Origin: Chiloscyllium plagiosum
Taxonomy: Eukaryota
Assembly (NCBI RefSeq): GCF_004010195.1
Contig: NC_057719.1
Location: 33,030,563-33,094,562, forward strand
Length of the DNA: 64,000 bases
Reading direction: 5' to 3'
Part shown: positions 39,490 to 51,750 of the stretch, in pieces
Position numbering within the stretch: the stretch's first letter is position 1
Layout: each line of letters starts with the position of its first letter
Position numbers and translations under genes: made by a program
The notes under the pieces: model-generated
What the model was told of the DNA's origin: nothing
The model's database searches: none
What the model saw: only the letters and a program-made list of their open reading frames with translations

Positions 39490-40815
39490 ATGTTGGTTTG
39501 TTTGCTGAGCTGGAAGGTTAGTTTTCAGATGTTTCATCACCATTCTAAGTAACATCATCAGTCAGCCTCCGATGAAGTACTGGTGTTATGTCCTACTTTC
39601 TATTTATGTGTTTAGGTTTCCTTGTGTTGGTAATGACATTTCCTGTGTTGGTTATGTCATTCCTTGTGCTGGTGATGTCATTTCCTGTTCTTTTCCTCAG
39701 AGGGTGGTAGATGAGGTCCAAATTGATGTGTTTGTTGATAGAGTTCCAGTTGGAATGCTATGCTTCTAGGAATTCTTGTGCATGTCTTTGTTTGACTTGT
39801 TCTAGGATGGATGTGTTGTCCCAGGCAAAGTGGTGTCCTTCCTCATCTGTATGTAAGGATTCTTATGAATACATGAGTGGATCATGTCATTTTGTGGCTA
39901 GTTGATGTTCATGTATCCCGGTGGCTAGTTTGTTTTGCCTGTTTGTCCAATGTAGTGTTTGTTACAGTTCTTGCAAGGTATTTTCTATGTGACATTTGTT
40001 TCACTTGTTGTCTGTATAGGGTCTTTCAAGTTCATTAGCTCCTGTTTTGGCGTGTTGGGTTTGTGGGCTACTATGGTGACAAGAGGTCTGAGTAGTCTGG
40101 CAGTCATTTCTGAGGTGTCTTTGATGTAGGGGAGAGTGGCTAGGGTTTCTGGGTGCATTTTGTATGCTTGTTTAGGCTTGTTGCTGAGAAATTGATGGAC
40201 TGTGTTCAGTGGATACATGTTCTTTATGAATAACTGTATCGGTGATTTTTCTCTGCTCTTTGTAGTTCCTCTGTGCTACACTGTGTGGAGGCTCATTGAA
40301 ATAATGTTCTAATGTAGCTTTGTTTGTGGGTGTTGAGATGATTGCTTCTGTAGTTCAGTATTTGGTCAGTATGTGTTGGTTTCCTGGTTTGAAGTTCCCC
40401 ATTGACTGTTCGCTCTACTGTGACATCGAGGAATGGCAGTTTGTTGTTGCTTTCCTCCTCTTTTGTGAACTTTATGCCAATAAGGATATTATTGATGGTC
40501 TTGAAGGTTTCCTCTAACTTGTATTATTTAGTGATGACAAAGGTGTTATCCACGTTGTGGACCCAAAGTTTGGGTTGGATGGTCGGCAGAGCTGTTTGCT
40601 CAAGCTCTGCATAGACTGCAGCAAATGATATCGCCAACCCAAGGAAACCTAAACACACAAATAGAAAGTGGGACATAACACCACTGTTTCACTGGAGGCT
40701 CACTGATGATGTTAACTAATATAGTGATGAAACGTCTAAAACTGAACCTTCCAGCTCAGCGAGCAAAGCTACATCCAGAATCTCAATCTGAACTGCAAAT
40801 ATTCTCAAAACTCAG
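39490..40815. mobile_element. Poseidon/Penelope-type PLE (coding on the minus strand) with an inverted terminal repeat at about 40635-40815 and two hammerhead motifs
   Basis: ATLPYIKDTSEMTARLLRPL..VAHKP, KIPCKNCNKHYIGQTG (GIY-YIG) and degenerate WVxxVDxTFVI; about 39490-39630 is the reverse complement of about 40635-40775. Cores CTGATGA...GAAACGTC 40703-40736 (+) and CTGATGA...GAAACATC 39561-39528 (-). Confidence 0.88.
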
Positions 40816-42614
40816 TAAAATACATTTACATTTCCTGGTTCCCCCTTATCTATTATGAATATTCTTCAAAAACTCAAACAAAGTTTTCACTTCCCTTTCA
40901 ACGTTTTAGTTCTATTTCGTCTGTTCCCTACCATAGATAAACACTTGTTTCTATCTCCTCAGCACAATCTTAGTTTTGAATACCACATCACATCACTAAA
41001 ATACTTTCCTGTTGTAACTGAAAGAATCCAACTTTTGCAAGGCTTTCTTTGTATCTGTCGTTCCCATATTTGGCAGCATTGTCCTGAAACTGCATTGTAA
41101 CATCTTTATTACTTCAACATTTCTGGTTTTCAAAACTGCACAACTGCATACAGTTCTGTTCAGGTTTATATAAATTTAACAGTCCATCTAAACTTTTATT
41201 TTTTACACTACTTTCCAGAGAATCAAGTGTTGATTGAGATTTTCTTGATAGTCTGTTGTCACAGTAGTTTTGGGATTAAGTACATACATGTCTGAACATA
41301 TGTTGGAATTACTGTTAAATCTGAAGCAGCTGCACAATGGAACGGTATTTGACAGGGTTTGGAAACAATGGTGTAAGATCATTAATATCTGGGTCTAATA
41401 TGGAGGAGGATGAGTAAAACTGAATTGCTAGTTTTCCCATTCCACACAATGTGAAAACATTCAAAAATTGTATCATGGGCCTCAACGTTCTGAAGTGCAA
41501 AGGCAAAAAATTCAGGATCCAAACAGTTCAGAATATTTTGTCCAAACAGGGTCCATCTCTATTCAACAGTAAATGCTAAAAATAATTCCACAGCTACCCT
41601 TTTACATTTAACAGTTTCTCCAAATCTGACCAAGTGACTAATTGTGTTTTAGAAAAGAAGATAAATGCAGGCACCGAAGCAAACTCCCATCACGACGGGT
41701 TCTATTCCAAACCATTAGCAATCAATTGCATGCACTTGTCACTTGGCTCATTTACCAATAACTGTAAATCAGTTACAAAGTTGCAGAAGAAGGAGAAAAA
41801 TACAAAGGAAAGTTCTCATGTATAAAGTCTTCAGAAGAATAACGATTACTACCTGTGCAATATCCTGAACTCTGAATGGCAGTAAAAGGAACAGATTTGC
41901 CCCATTTTGATTCATTGCACTGCCGCCAAATCACTGATTAAGACGCTGACAGTTCAGGAAGATGAGGACGTGCAAGGAGTAATATATTGTCTGATGTTGA
42001 CTACTGGAAAAACATGAGCTTGTACACAGAATTGATCTCCTCAGAGATCCAATCCAGTATGATCCACTATACCATGTTCAAGAAATAACAACACCTGTGT
42101 TTTGTGTACGAGAACCTGCTGTTAATACATTTTTCAGCCAGCTTCTCTCACTATGACATTAGCCCAATGGTGCGCATCACGCGACCTGTGGAGCCAATGT
42201 CAATCATCAAGGCCTCTGGAGGTGTTGGGACTCAGTAGGTATCACTGCTGTCAGGAATCTCTAAGTTCAAATCTCACTCCAGGATACTTTTGCAAGTGTT
42301 CATGTTGCAGTTCAACAGTTGATAAACAACCCACTAAGAATTCCAACATATCCATATTAACAACTAAAGGGGAAAAGTGGTATAAAAAAGTAAAACAAAT
42401 AAATAATTAATTAGCTTTCCTAAGTCTCACTGCAGGAAACGATAGAATTTTACAGCACATTCATCCCATTTGTCTGTGTCAGCCCTTTGAAACAGACATC
42501 CAGCTTGTCCCATGCTCCTATTCTTTACGTCTAGCCCCACAAATTCACTTCCACTTTGAGTGTTTACCCAAACCCCTTTTGAAAGTTATATTTCAATTTC
42601 CTTCACCATACATC

Positions 42615-43672
42615 AAATTAGGTGGTATAGTGGACAGTGAAGAAGTTTAGAGCAGAAAATATGTTGCTGGAAAAACGCAGCAGGTCAGGCAGCATCCAAG
42701 GAGCAGGAGAATTCTGATCTGCTGCGCTTTTCCAGCAACACATTTTCAGCTCTGATCTCCAGCATCTGCAGTCCTCACTTTCTCCCAGTGAAGAAGCTTA
42801 TCTAAGATTACAAAGGGATCTTGATCAACTGGATCAATGGGTTGAGGAGTGGCAGATGGAATCTAATTTGGATAAATGCAATGAATTGCATTTTGATAAA
42901 ACAAACAAGAGGCAGGACTTATACAACTAATGTCAGGCCTCTGGGAGTGTTGTAGAACAGAAAGACATAGGGGTTCAGGTACATAATTCTTTAAAATTTG
43001 CATCACAGGTAGGTCGAGTAGTTAAGAAGGTGTTAAGCATGCTTGCCTTTATTGCTCAGACCTTTGAGTATAGGCGCTGGGAAGTCACGTTGAGATTATA
43101 CAGGACATTGGTGAGGCCACTTCTGAGGTGCTATGTGCAGTTCTGGTCGCCCTTTATAGGAAGGATATTATGAAACTGGAAGACGTCCAGAAATGATTTA
43201 CCAGGTTGTTGCAGGAATGGAAGGCTTGAGTTAATCAGATAGGCGGGATAGACTGGGACCTTTTTCACTGGAGGGTAGGAGGTTCAGGGTGACCTTATAG
43301 AGGTTAATTAAATAATGAGGGGCATGTATAAGGTCAGTAGCAAAGATATTTTCCCTAGGGTGGGGGAGTTCAAAACTAGGGCCATATTTTTAAGGTGAGA
43401 GGAGAAAGATTTAAAAAGGACATGAGGGGTAACTTTTACACAGGGAGTGATTAGTCTGTGGAATGAACTGCCAGAGGGAGTAGTGGATCCACGTACAAGT
43501 TATGACGTTTATAAGACATTTGGACAGGTACATGAATAGGAAAGGTTTACGGGGACATGGGCCAAATGCAGGCAGGTGGGATTAGTTTAGTTTGGGAACA
43601 TGGTCAACATGGACAACTTGGTCCAAAGGGTCTGTTTCCATGCTGTACGACTCTATGGCTCTATGACTCTAT
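42615..43672 (+). mobile_element. CR1 3' portion
   Basis: KLGGIVDSEE...QWVEEWQME...; tail ctctatggctctatgactctatga. Confidence 0.88.
42650..42785. mobile_element. Mini fold-back PLE end with 15-bp TSD inside a CR1
   Basis: CAGTGAAGAAGTTTA 42635-42649 / CAGTGAAGAAGCTTA 42786-42800; arms gagcagaaaatatgttgctggaaaaacgcagcaggtcag / ctgatctgctgcgcttttccagcaacacattttcagctc. Confidence 0.88.
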
Positions 43673-45792
43673 GAGATCCAGTCAGCAAGATCCAAATTTA
43701 ATTCAAACATGTTCCATAAATAGAACTGCTTATCGCACCTGTAACTGACTTCTTGCCCTCTTTCTTAATATCAACAGCTGTTGCTGTTTTAACATCAGGA
43801 TTCTTTTTAAGTATCAGTTTTATTTTAGCAAAGCATTTTAATGGAGAGTCAAGAAACCCATTTACTTAAATTCAGAGAGAAACAAAGCTGCAGGGTGATC
43901 ATCATTTAAATGGGAAAAAAAACAATTATCATTTCAGCTCTGACTTGTCATTGTCATTGTCAGAGCTTTGGCAAAGAGCTACAAAAACATCATTCAGCTC
44001 ACTTTCAGTCGCTGATTAATCTAGCGAGGATTTTCAGCTATTCATGTTTTTATTTTGGATATTTAATATTCACCATTTTTTTTATTGCTACATACATTAG
44101 AGAGATCGCAAGTATTTTTATTATATATGTATGTTAGCATATACTTGTGGGAATATTGAACAAGAGAGTGAAGAATAATGTTTGAATAATATATTGCTTC
44201 AAAGTAAGGCTGTGGTCCTTTTCATGCAAGGTATTCTGATTATCTCTCCAAAGGATTCTGGAGAAAGCAATAAAAGTTCAAACATAGGTTGTGTCAATTT
44301 CTGAAATGTTACTGCCACCCCATTACATTCAGATACGGCCTTTTTGACAATATCTTACTTTTAAAACACATTCCTCTGTTCTTGTGTTGTCAAGGTGTCT
44401 GGGAGTTGAGCAAGTGCTGCTGATGTCAAATTTCCTGCTCAACAGCACAGGTTCATTTCTGTATTCTTTCACAGTGCTGAAAAATTTTATTATATACCTG
44501 GTGCATCCTGAAAGTGCCTTCCTTGTATTTTATGCTCAACTCATCCATCAATCAGTCGATATTGGAGTTCAAATCACTAAATCTCGAAAAATGCTTATCC
44601 ACAAAAGTTTTCTTTGTATTTTGGGCTTCTTTCATTTCAAACCTTCCAAACTCACCAGGCTGTTAGAACTGTCTCTTTAATGGACATTCCTGTCACTGTT
44701 CAATTTCTGAGGTGGAGCTGTGCAATGTGAAGCTAATTACTTCTCACACCTTTATCAAGGTCACACAGCCAGAAACTCTCCTTCATTTATCAAAATGTTT
44801 ATTTCTGCATCACCGCAGATTACAATCATACATTATTGTACAATGTCACTCACATAGACAAAGGATAAAACATGACTTGTTAGCTAAATCTGTCTGGACA
44901 ACAATCAGTGGGTGGAATTGAGGCACTGAATAATACACTCAATGTTTAACCACGTACATAAAACCAATTTGTAACAGTTGAGTGTAAACATTGAATAAGG
45001 TGAGGAATTTTAATCCCACAAGCCTAGTAGGTTTCAGGGTGCATGCAACGTACTACATCTTGAACATTAAAATTGAAATTATTCTGTCAGCTGCTCTCAC
45101 CTTCATCTACTTTCCGTCTGGCAAGTCAATCTCTTCCATCGTTTCCACCCTGCTTGGCCCTGGAAATTGTACCATTTCCTCTAATCTCCCCAACACCTCA
45201 CACCTGATATGTTCTAATCAACCTGTTTAGAATTATCATTTCACACCTCTGGAGCAAGTGAGGCTTCAACCCAGGCCTCCTGGGTTCAAAGGTATGGCTA
45301 TTACCACCCCACCACAAGAACCCTCAAATAGCCCACTCCATCCTGTTTATTTTCTAATTAACTTGTTCTGAGACTTTTTTTGGAAAAACTGGGACTTGAA
45401 CCCAGAACATCTGACTCATTATTAGTTTATGACACAAGCTAATAGCTCACACTGAGCTTATCTCCTGTATTAGAATAACTTGTTTCGTAGATCCAATTAA
45501 AATGTTAGTCATTTGTCCTGGCTCCCTTATCAGCTATCATCATAATCAGCTTTCTTTTATTAAGCACTGTTCCTGCCTGTTTAATGATCGATCTACTTTG
45601 GAGATCAGGGGAAACAAATATGTAGAAAATAGACAGAGAAGCATAGTGATGAGTAGGAAGTATATCATAGTGAAAGGAGACACAGTCCTCTCAAGCTCAT
45701 AACCAGCCAGGGTCAGAGAACTAACCAGGAATAACTAACTAAGCTCATAAAAGCAGTATGATGTATTTAACTTATCTTTGTTCGCAACAAAT

Positions 45793-46122
45793 GGGCAGCA
45801 TGGTGGCTCAGTGGGTAGCACTGCTGCCTCACAGCGCCAGGGACCCCGGCTTCAATTCCTGCTTCGGGTAACTGTCAGTGCAGAGTTTGCACGTTCTCCC
45901 CATGTCTGCTCGGGTTTCCTCTGGGTGCTCCGGTTTTCTTCCACAGTCCAAAGATGTGCAGGTCAGGTGAATTAGCTGTGCTAAATTGCCTATAGTTTTA
46001 GGTGCATTAGTTAAGGGGAAATATAGGGTAGGGGTGTGGGTGGGTTACTCTTCGGAGGGTCGGTGTGGACTTGTTGGGCTGAAGGGTCTGTTTCTATACT
46101 GTAGGGGATCTAATCTAATCTA
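45793..46122 (+). mobile_element. Full-length HE1-type V-SINE
   Basis: gggcagcatggtggctcagtgggtagcactgctgcctcacagcgccagggacc...ttcaattcc head, V-domain, and (atcta)n tail. Confidence 0.92.
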
Positions 46123-46779
46123 CAAAAAAAAGAGGGACATAAAGTTATTTGGATTATGTTACACCTTGATTGCAACTTAATCTGCATGAGTGTCTCTCTG
46201 AAGTACTTCAGTCCACTGATTAAAGAAGGGAGATACAGGCCTGAGGTGTTGTCATTGGGTTTGGGGGACTTAGCCAATAATGTAACCAAGTTGCTGGTGC
46301 CCGTCAGGCCTGAATGGACAACTCATTTAGTTCAGTCAGCTGATTTTGGACAGTGTGCCTCCTAGATAAGTGTAAGAGGTTCAAGTGAGCAGCGTGGTGG
46401 GAAATGAGTCAAAACTAGGAAATTAAACAGTCATGGCTTCAGCTAACAGAAATGATGAGACGTTGGAAGGGCATTTCTGCTGCTCCCAGATTCACATGAC
46501 TTTTAAACAAAAGTGGCACTAAGGATTTGAAAGCTAAAACTGTTCCATTGTGGGTATCCCAATTTCATGAAGGTGATCTAAAATAAACATTAAGCCCTTC
46601 ATGAAATTATAAAAGGAGCCCAATGCCTGAGAACCATTCAGGACCAAAAGAGTAGCCAATGATTTTTTTTGGAAATATTAGGGGAGCTTGAGGGGCTGGG
46701 ACAGAAAAGAAAGGCCTGTGCTACTCCTAGCCTGGACTCCTGGCTGTATCTTGGGCAGAGTAGGCTGTGACCCTGACCA

Positions 46780-49515
46780 GCTGCGTTTAAACTAAATAGC
46801 CGGGGGGAGAGGACAAACTGGAAGTTTAAGAAGGAAGTTAAAGGGAAAGTAAGAACAAGAGAAGTCAAGAAAGACAATGGAATCAATGGAGCAGAAAACT
46901 CAAAAAAGGATCATGCCGTAAGGTCAAGTGAAATAAGAATTGATAGGAAGGGTGAGGGGAGTAACAAATTAAAAATATTATATATGAATGCACAAAACAT
47001 TAGAAATAAGGTGGATGGGCTTGAGGCTCATTTGGAAATTGGTGGTTACGATGTTGTGGAGATAACTGAGACGTGGCTTTAAGTAGACAGGGCCTGGGAA
47101 ATGAATATTCAAGGCTATACGTGCTATCGTAAGGACAGGCTGACTGGCAGAGGGGGTGGGGTGGCCCTGTTGGTAAGGAATGATATTCAGTCCCTAGCAC
47201 GGGGGGATCTAGAATCAGGAGATGTAGAATCAGTATGGATAGAGCTGAGAAATTCTAAGGGTAAAAAGACCCTCTTGGGAGTTATCCACAGGCCCCCAAA
47301 CAGTAGCCTAGATGTAGTGTGTAAGTAGAATAAGGAGCTGAAATTGGCCTGTCGCAAAGATATTACGACACTTGTTATGGAGGATTTCAACATGCAGGTA
47401 GACTGGGAGAACCAGGATGGTACTGGACCCCAAGAAAGGGAGTTTGTGGAGTGTCTCCGAGATAGATTCTTAGAACAGCTTGTGCTGGAGCCTACCAGGG
47501 AGAAAGCAATTCTGGATCTGGTGTTGTGCAATGAACCAGATTTGATCAGGGACCTTGAAGTGAAGGAGCCATTAGGAGGTAGTGAACACAATACAATAAG
47601 CTTTAATCTGCAGTTTGAAAGGGAGAGGGTAGAATCGGAAGTGACAATATTTCAGTTGAATAAGGGGAACTATGGAGCTATGAGGGAGTAATGCAGAAGA
47701 TGCAGGATCAGTTCATTCCAAAAAGGAAGAAAGAACCTAAGGGGAGGCATGGGTGGCTGTGGCTGACGGGGGAAGTTAAGGACCATATAAAGACAAAAGG
47801 GAAAAAGTATAACATAGCAAAGATGAGTGGGAAATCGGAGGACTGGGAAGCTTTAAAAGAACAACAGAGGATAACTAAAAAGGAAATACACAAAGAAAAA
47901 ATAAGGTGCGAAGGTAAACTGGCCAAAAATATAAAGGAGGATAGTAAAGGTTTTTTTAGGTATGTGAAAAGAAAAAAACGGTTAAGACTAAAATTGGGCC
48001 CTTGAAGACAGAAACGGGTGAATTTATTATGGGGAACAAAGAACTGGCTGAAGAGTTGAATTGGTACTTTAGATCTGTCTTCACTGGGGAAGACACAAGC
48101 AATCTCCCAGATGTAATAGTGGCTGAAGGACCTGAACTGAAGGGAATTTATATTAGGTAGGACATGGTGTTGGAGAGACTGTTAGGTCTGAAGGCTGATA
48201 AGTCCCCGGGGCCTGATGGTCTACATCCCAGGGTACTGAAGGAGGTGGCTCTAGAAATCGTGGATGCGTTGGTGATCATTTTCCAATGTTCTATAGATCA
48301 GGATCAGTTCCTGTGGATTGGAGGGTGGCTAATGTTGTCCCACTTTTTAAGAGAGGAGGGAGAGAGAAAACAGAGAATTATAGACCAGTTAGTCTGACCC
48401 CAGTGGTGGCAAAAATGCTGGAGTGAATTATAAAGGACAAAATTACAACACATCTGGATAGCAGTAACAGGATAGGTCAGAGTCAGTATGGATTTATGAA
48501 GGGGAAATCATGCTTGACTAATCTTCTGGAATTTTTTTGAGGATGTAACTCTGAAGATGGACAAGGGAGATCCAGTGGATGTCGTATACCTGGACTTTCA
48601 GAAAGCCTTTGATAAAGTCCCACATAGGAGGTTAGTGACCAAATTAGGGCACATGGTATTAGGGACAAAATACTGATATGGATTGAAAATTGGTTGGCTG
48701 ACAGGAAACAAAAAATAGTGATAAACAGCTCCCTTTCGGAATGGCAGGCGGTGACTAGTGGTGTGCTGCAGGGATCAGTGCTGGGACCGCAACTTTTTAC
48801 AATGTATATTAATGATATAGATAAAGGTATTAAAAGTAATATTAGCAAATTTGCTGATGACATAATGCTGGGTGGCAGGGTAAAATGTGAGGAGGATGTT
48901 AGGAGAATACAGGGTGACCTGGACAGGCTTGGAGAGTGGACGGATGCATGGCAGATGTAGTTTAATGTGGATAAATGTGTGGTTATCCACTTTGGTGGCA
49001 AGAACAGGAAGGCAGATTACTACCTAAATGGAGTCAAGTTAGGTAAAGGGGCAGTACAATGAGATCTAGGTGTTCTTGTACATCAGTCAATGAAAGCAAG
49101 CATGCAGGTACAGCAGGCAGTGAAGAAAGCTAATAGCATGCTGGCCTTCATAACAAGAGGAATTGAGTATAGAGGCAAAGAGGTCCTTCTGCAGCTGTAC
49201 AGGGCCCTGGTGAGACCACACCTGGAATATTGAGGGGTAGGCCACTTAGAACAGAGTTGAGGAGAAACTTCTTCACCCAGAGAGTGGTGGGTGTATGGAA
49301 TGCTCTGCCCCAGAAAGCTGTGGAGGCGAAGTCTCTGGATACTTTCAAGAAAGAGTTGGATAGAGCTCTTAAGGATAGTGGAATCCTTATGGGAATAAGG
49401 TAGGAACACGATACTGATTGAGGATGACCTGCCATGATCATAATGAATGGTGGTGCTGGCTCAAAGGGCAGAATGGCCTACTCCTGCACCTATTGTTTAT
49501 TGTCTATTGTCTATT
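46780..49515 (+). mobile_element. CR1 ORF2 (endonuclease and RT) with internal deletions near 47690 and 49230
   Basis: GYTCYRKDR..GRGGGVALLV, GVIHRPPNS, KADKSPGPDGLHPRVLKE, GVLQGSVLGP and KFADD; tail (attgtct)n. Confidence 0.92.
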
Positions 49516-50289
49516 GTCAAACCTCCTGGAGCCTTGGGAACCACTACTGGGCCATAAAATCAGAATATCTCCACTGCTCCTCACCCCAACCACCACCATT
49601 ATTCCAGGGCCTGGGTGCAGTTGACACTTGAAGATAAAGTTCCCTATTTCACTCGAGGCAAAATGATGACAACATCAATCCCATAATACCCTACTGAGAT
49701 TATAAATGGCTCATTTTGTGACAATATACACATTGGTATTCCTTTTGGCCAAAGAGCAAAGAAATTTATAATCATAATCATTCAAACTATCAGAGGCTTA
49801 GCTGAGAGAGGGTGTTGTGTGAAACAGACCTCAACAGAAGAAAGATTCAAACCTAAGGAAATGTTGGACTTGAGTTTAAATTACAATTTTTGAGAGTGTC
49901 AATTAGGAGGGTTCTGTGGATACTGAAAGACTGAAATTAAAAAAAAACAGAAAATGCTGGAGAAACTCAACAGGTCTGGCAGCATATATGGAGAGAAAAA
50001 CAAAGTTTCGAGTGCGACTTTTCAGAACTGGAGAGCTCTAAAGGAGAATTTCATTAAGGATTCATAGAAGACTGTTAAGTTTAAATAGTATCCATATCAC
50101 AAAGTAACAATGCCTAATAGTACTTATAACCAGTCGACCTTGTGTGACTTGTATTTGGGAATTGAATTCAAATGTTACCTTTTAGTGAAGCAAGGGCAGG
50201 TGCTGATGTAATTAACTCCATGTTTAAGACTTGTATTTTTTGGTTTAACTCATTATAAACTTGGTAACAGAATAGCGTGTACACACAGA

Positions 50290-50600
50290 ATAAAGAGAAG
50301 ATTTGGATCGGCTTTTTGGATGAGATGTGAACTGAGAGTGCAAGTGCGATCTTAGTTTAAATATAAAAGCTCCACCTACACGATGCAAAGAGGGCAATAT
50401 GGCATTCTTTCCAATGTTATGGCCAATAATTATCTAGTCCCTAACAAGTGTCTGCAAATGGTACCCTGTTTCATGAAACTGACTGTGACACTTTCAACCG
50501 TACAGTTGTGACTACACTAGAAAAGGTATCTAATTGATTGCAAAATGCTTTGAGTTATTCTATGATCAAAGAAGACAATCTATAAATGCCAGTCTTTCTT
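50290..50600 (+). mobile_element. SacSINE1/DeuSINE-like ancient SINE fragment
   Basis: tttttggatgagatgtgaactgag ... tgtgactacactagaaaaggtatctaattgattgcaaaatgctttg...tataaatgccagtctttc; similar to the reverse complement of 27085-27650. Confidence 0.6.
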
Positions 50601-51750
50601 TCTTACAATGTGATCAGTTTGCTCAGGTAACATCTAATATAAATGAGGATAATAGAAAAAGTCTCTTTTATGATCAGATATTTGTCAACCTCCTGAAGCA
50701 TGGTGGATCGCAACTTAACACCTACAAATGTAGACAGGGAGTGAAATCAGATTAAAGACAAGAAAATAATTAGGCCAAAATGTTCACATCAGGTTCCCAT
50801 CTTCAAGTTCTAAATTCTGTTTTGATTTTTACACTTCTATTGTAAATTCTTCCACAAATATTTATAATGGAAACCCCTCATCAAATTACATCATCGTCTG
50901 TCTCCCAATGCTTTCTTCATCATGCCTTCTCCAGCTTTCCATCTTCTCTCTTTATTTCTCTCAAGTCCCCTTTCTATCTTATTCAAACTTGCAATCTCCT
51001 TTCCACCTTTCTCTCAGATTATTTGATTGTTCTCAAAATTCAGATTTTTTTTATAAGGCAAATTATCAAATTTCAATGTAGGAAACAAAAGAAGAAACAA
51101 TTTGTAGGGTATTCTTCCTAGGTGGCTTTTACACTGGCTGACCTCATCTCTCTAAGAAATGCTTTCAATAAGAATCACTTTTACAAAGGTGGATGTTTTT
51201 GTTGATGTTTCTTGAATTTTTTAAAGGATACTCTAAATCCAAGTGTAGTCATTAGGTGTTCCATGTAGTTAAACTTCAGCATGAATAAAAATATTCCTAT
51301 TTATTTCTCAGCCTTTCAATCCATTACTTCTTTTCCATTTTTGAAGTTAATGCAACACAAAAGATTTCAAGTGTGGCAAGGCAGAAGCCTCTCCATTATT
51401 CTTAAAAGAAAATCAGTGTGAAATTCACCATTCTAAAATTCATTGACTAGCTTTTCTTTGAATAAACTTAATAGAACTTTTGAGTTGAAACCATAGTAGA
51501 AGTTAAAGAATACTATCAATAAATATAGCTGACACATCCTGGAAAATGTATTACTCTGCAACTGCCTGAACTGTATGATCCTGAGAGAAAAGATCAAGAG
51601 ATCCTGGGCTGGCTTTTGTACTGGGAAATATGGCTACAGTGTTTCTGCTGTCAATATAAACATCAGTGATGCACCGACATAGCACTCAGTGACCCTCAGG
51701 CCTTTGAATGGTCAGCACCTTATCAAAGAAGAAGTCTGGCCTTTGAATAT

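Noticed and set aside
45793..45870. tRNA-like A/B boxes (also 13420-13489, 20660-20730, 59610-59695)
   Set aside because: These look like SINE heads, three of them followed by V-domain and LINE-like tails; no tRNA cloverleaf is supported.
46561..46608. Perfect 13-bp inverted repeat with a 22-nt loop
   Set aside because: AT-rich, no TSD and no second copy seen; could be chance or a transposon remnant.
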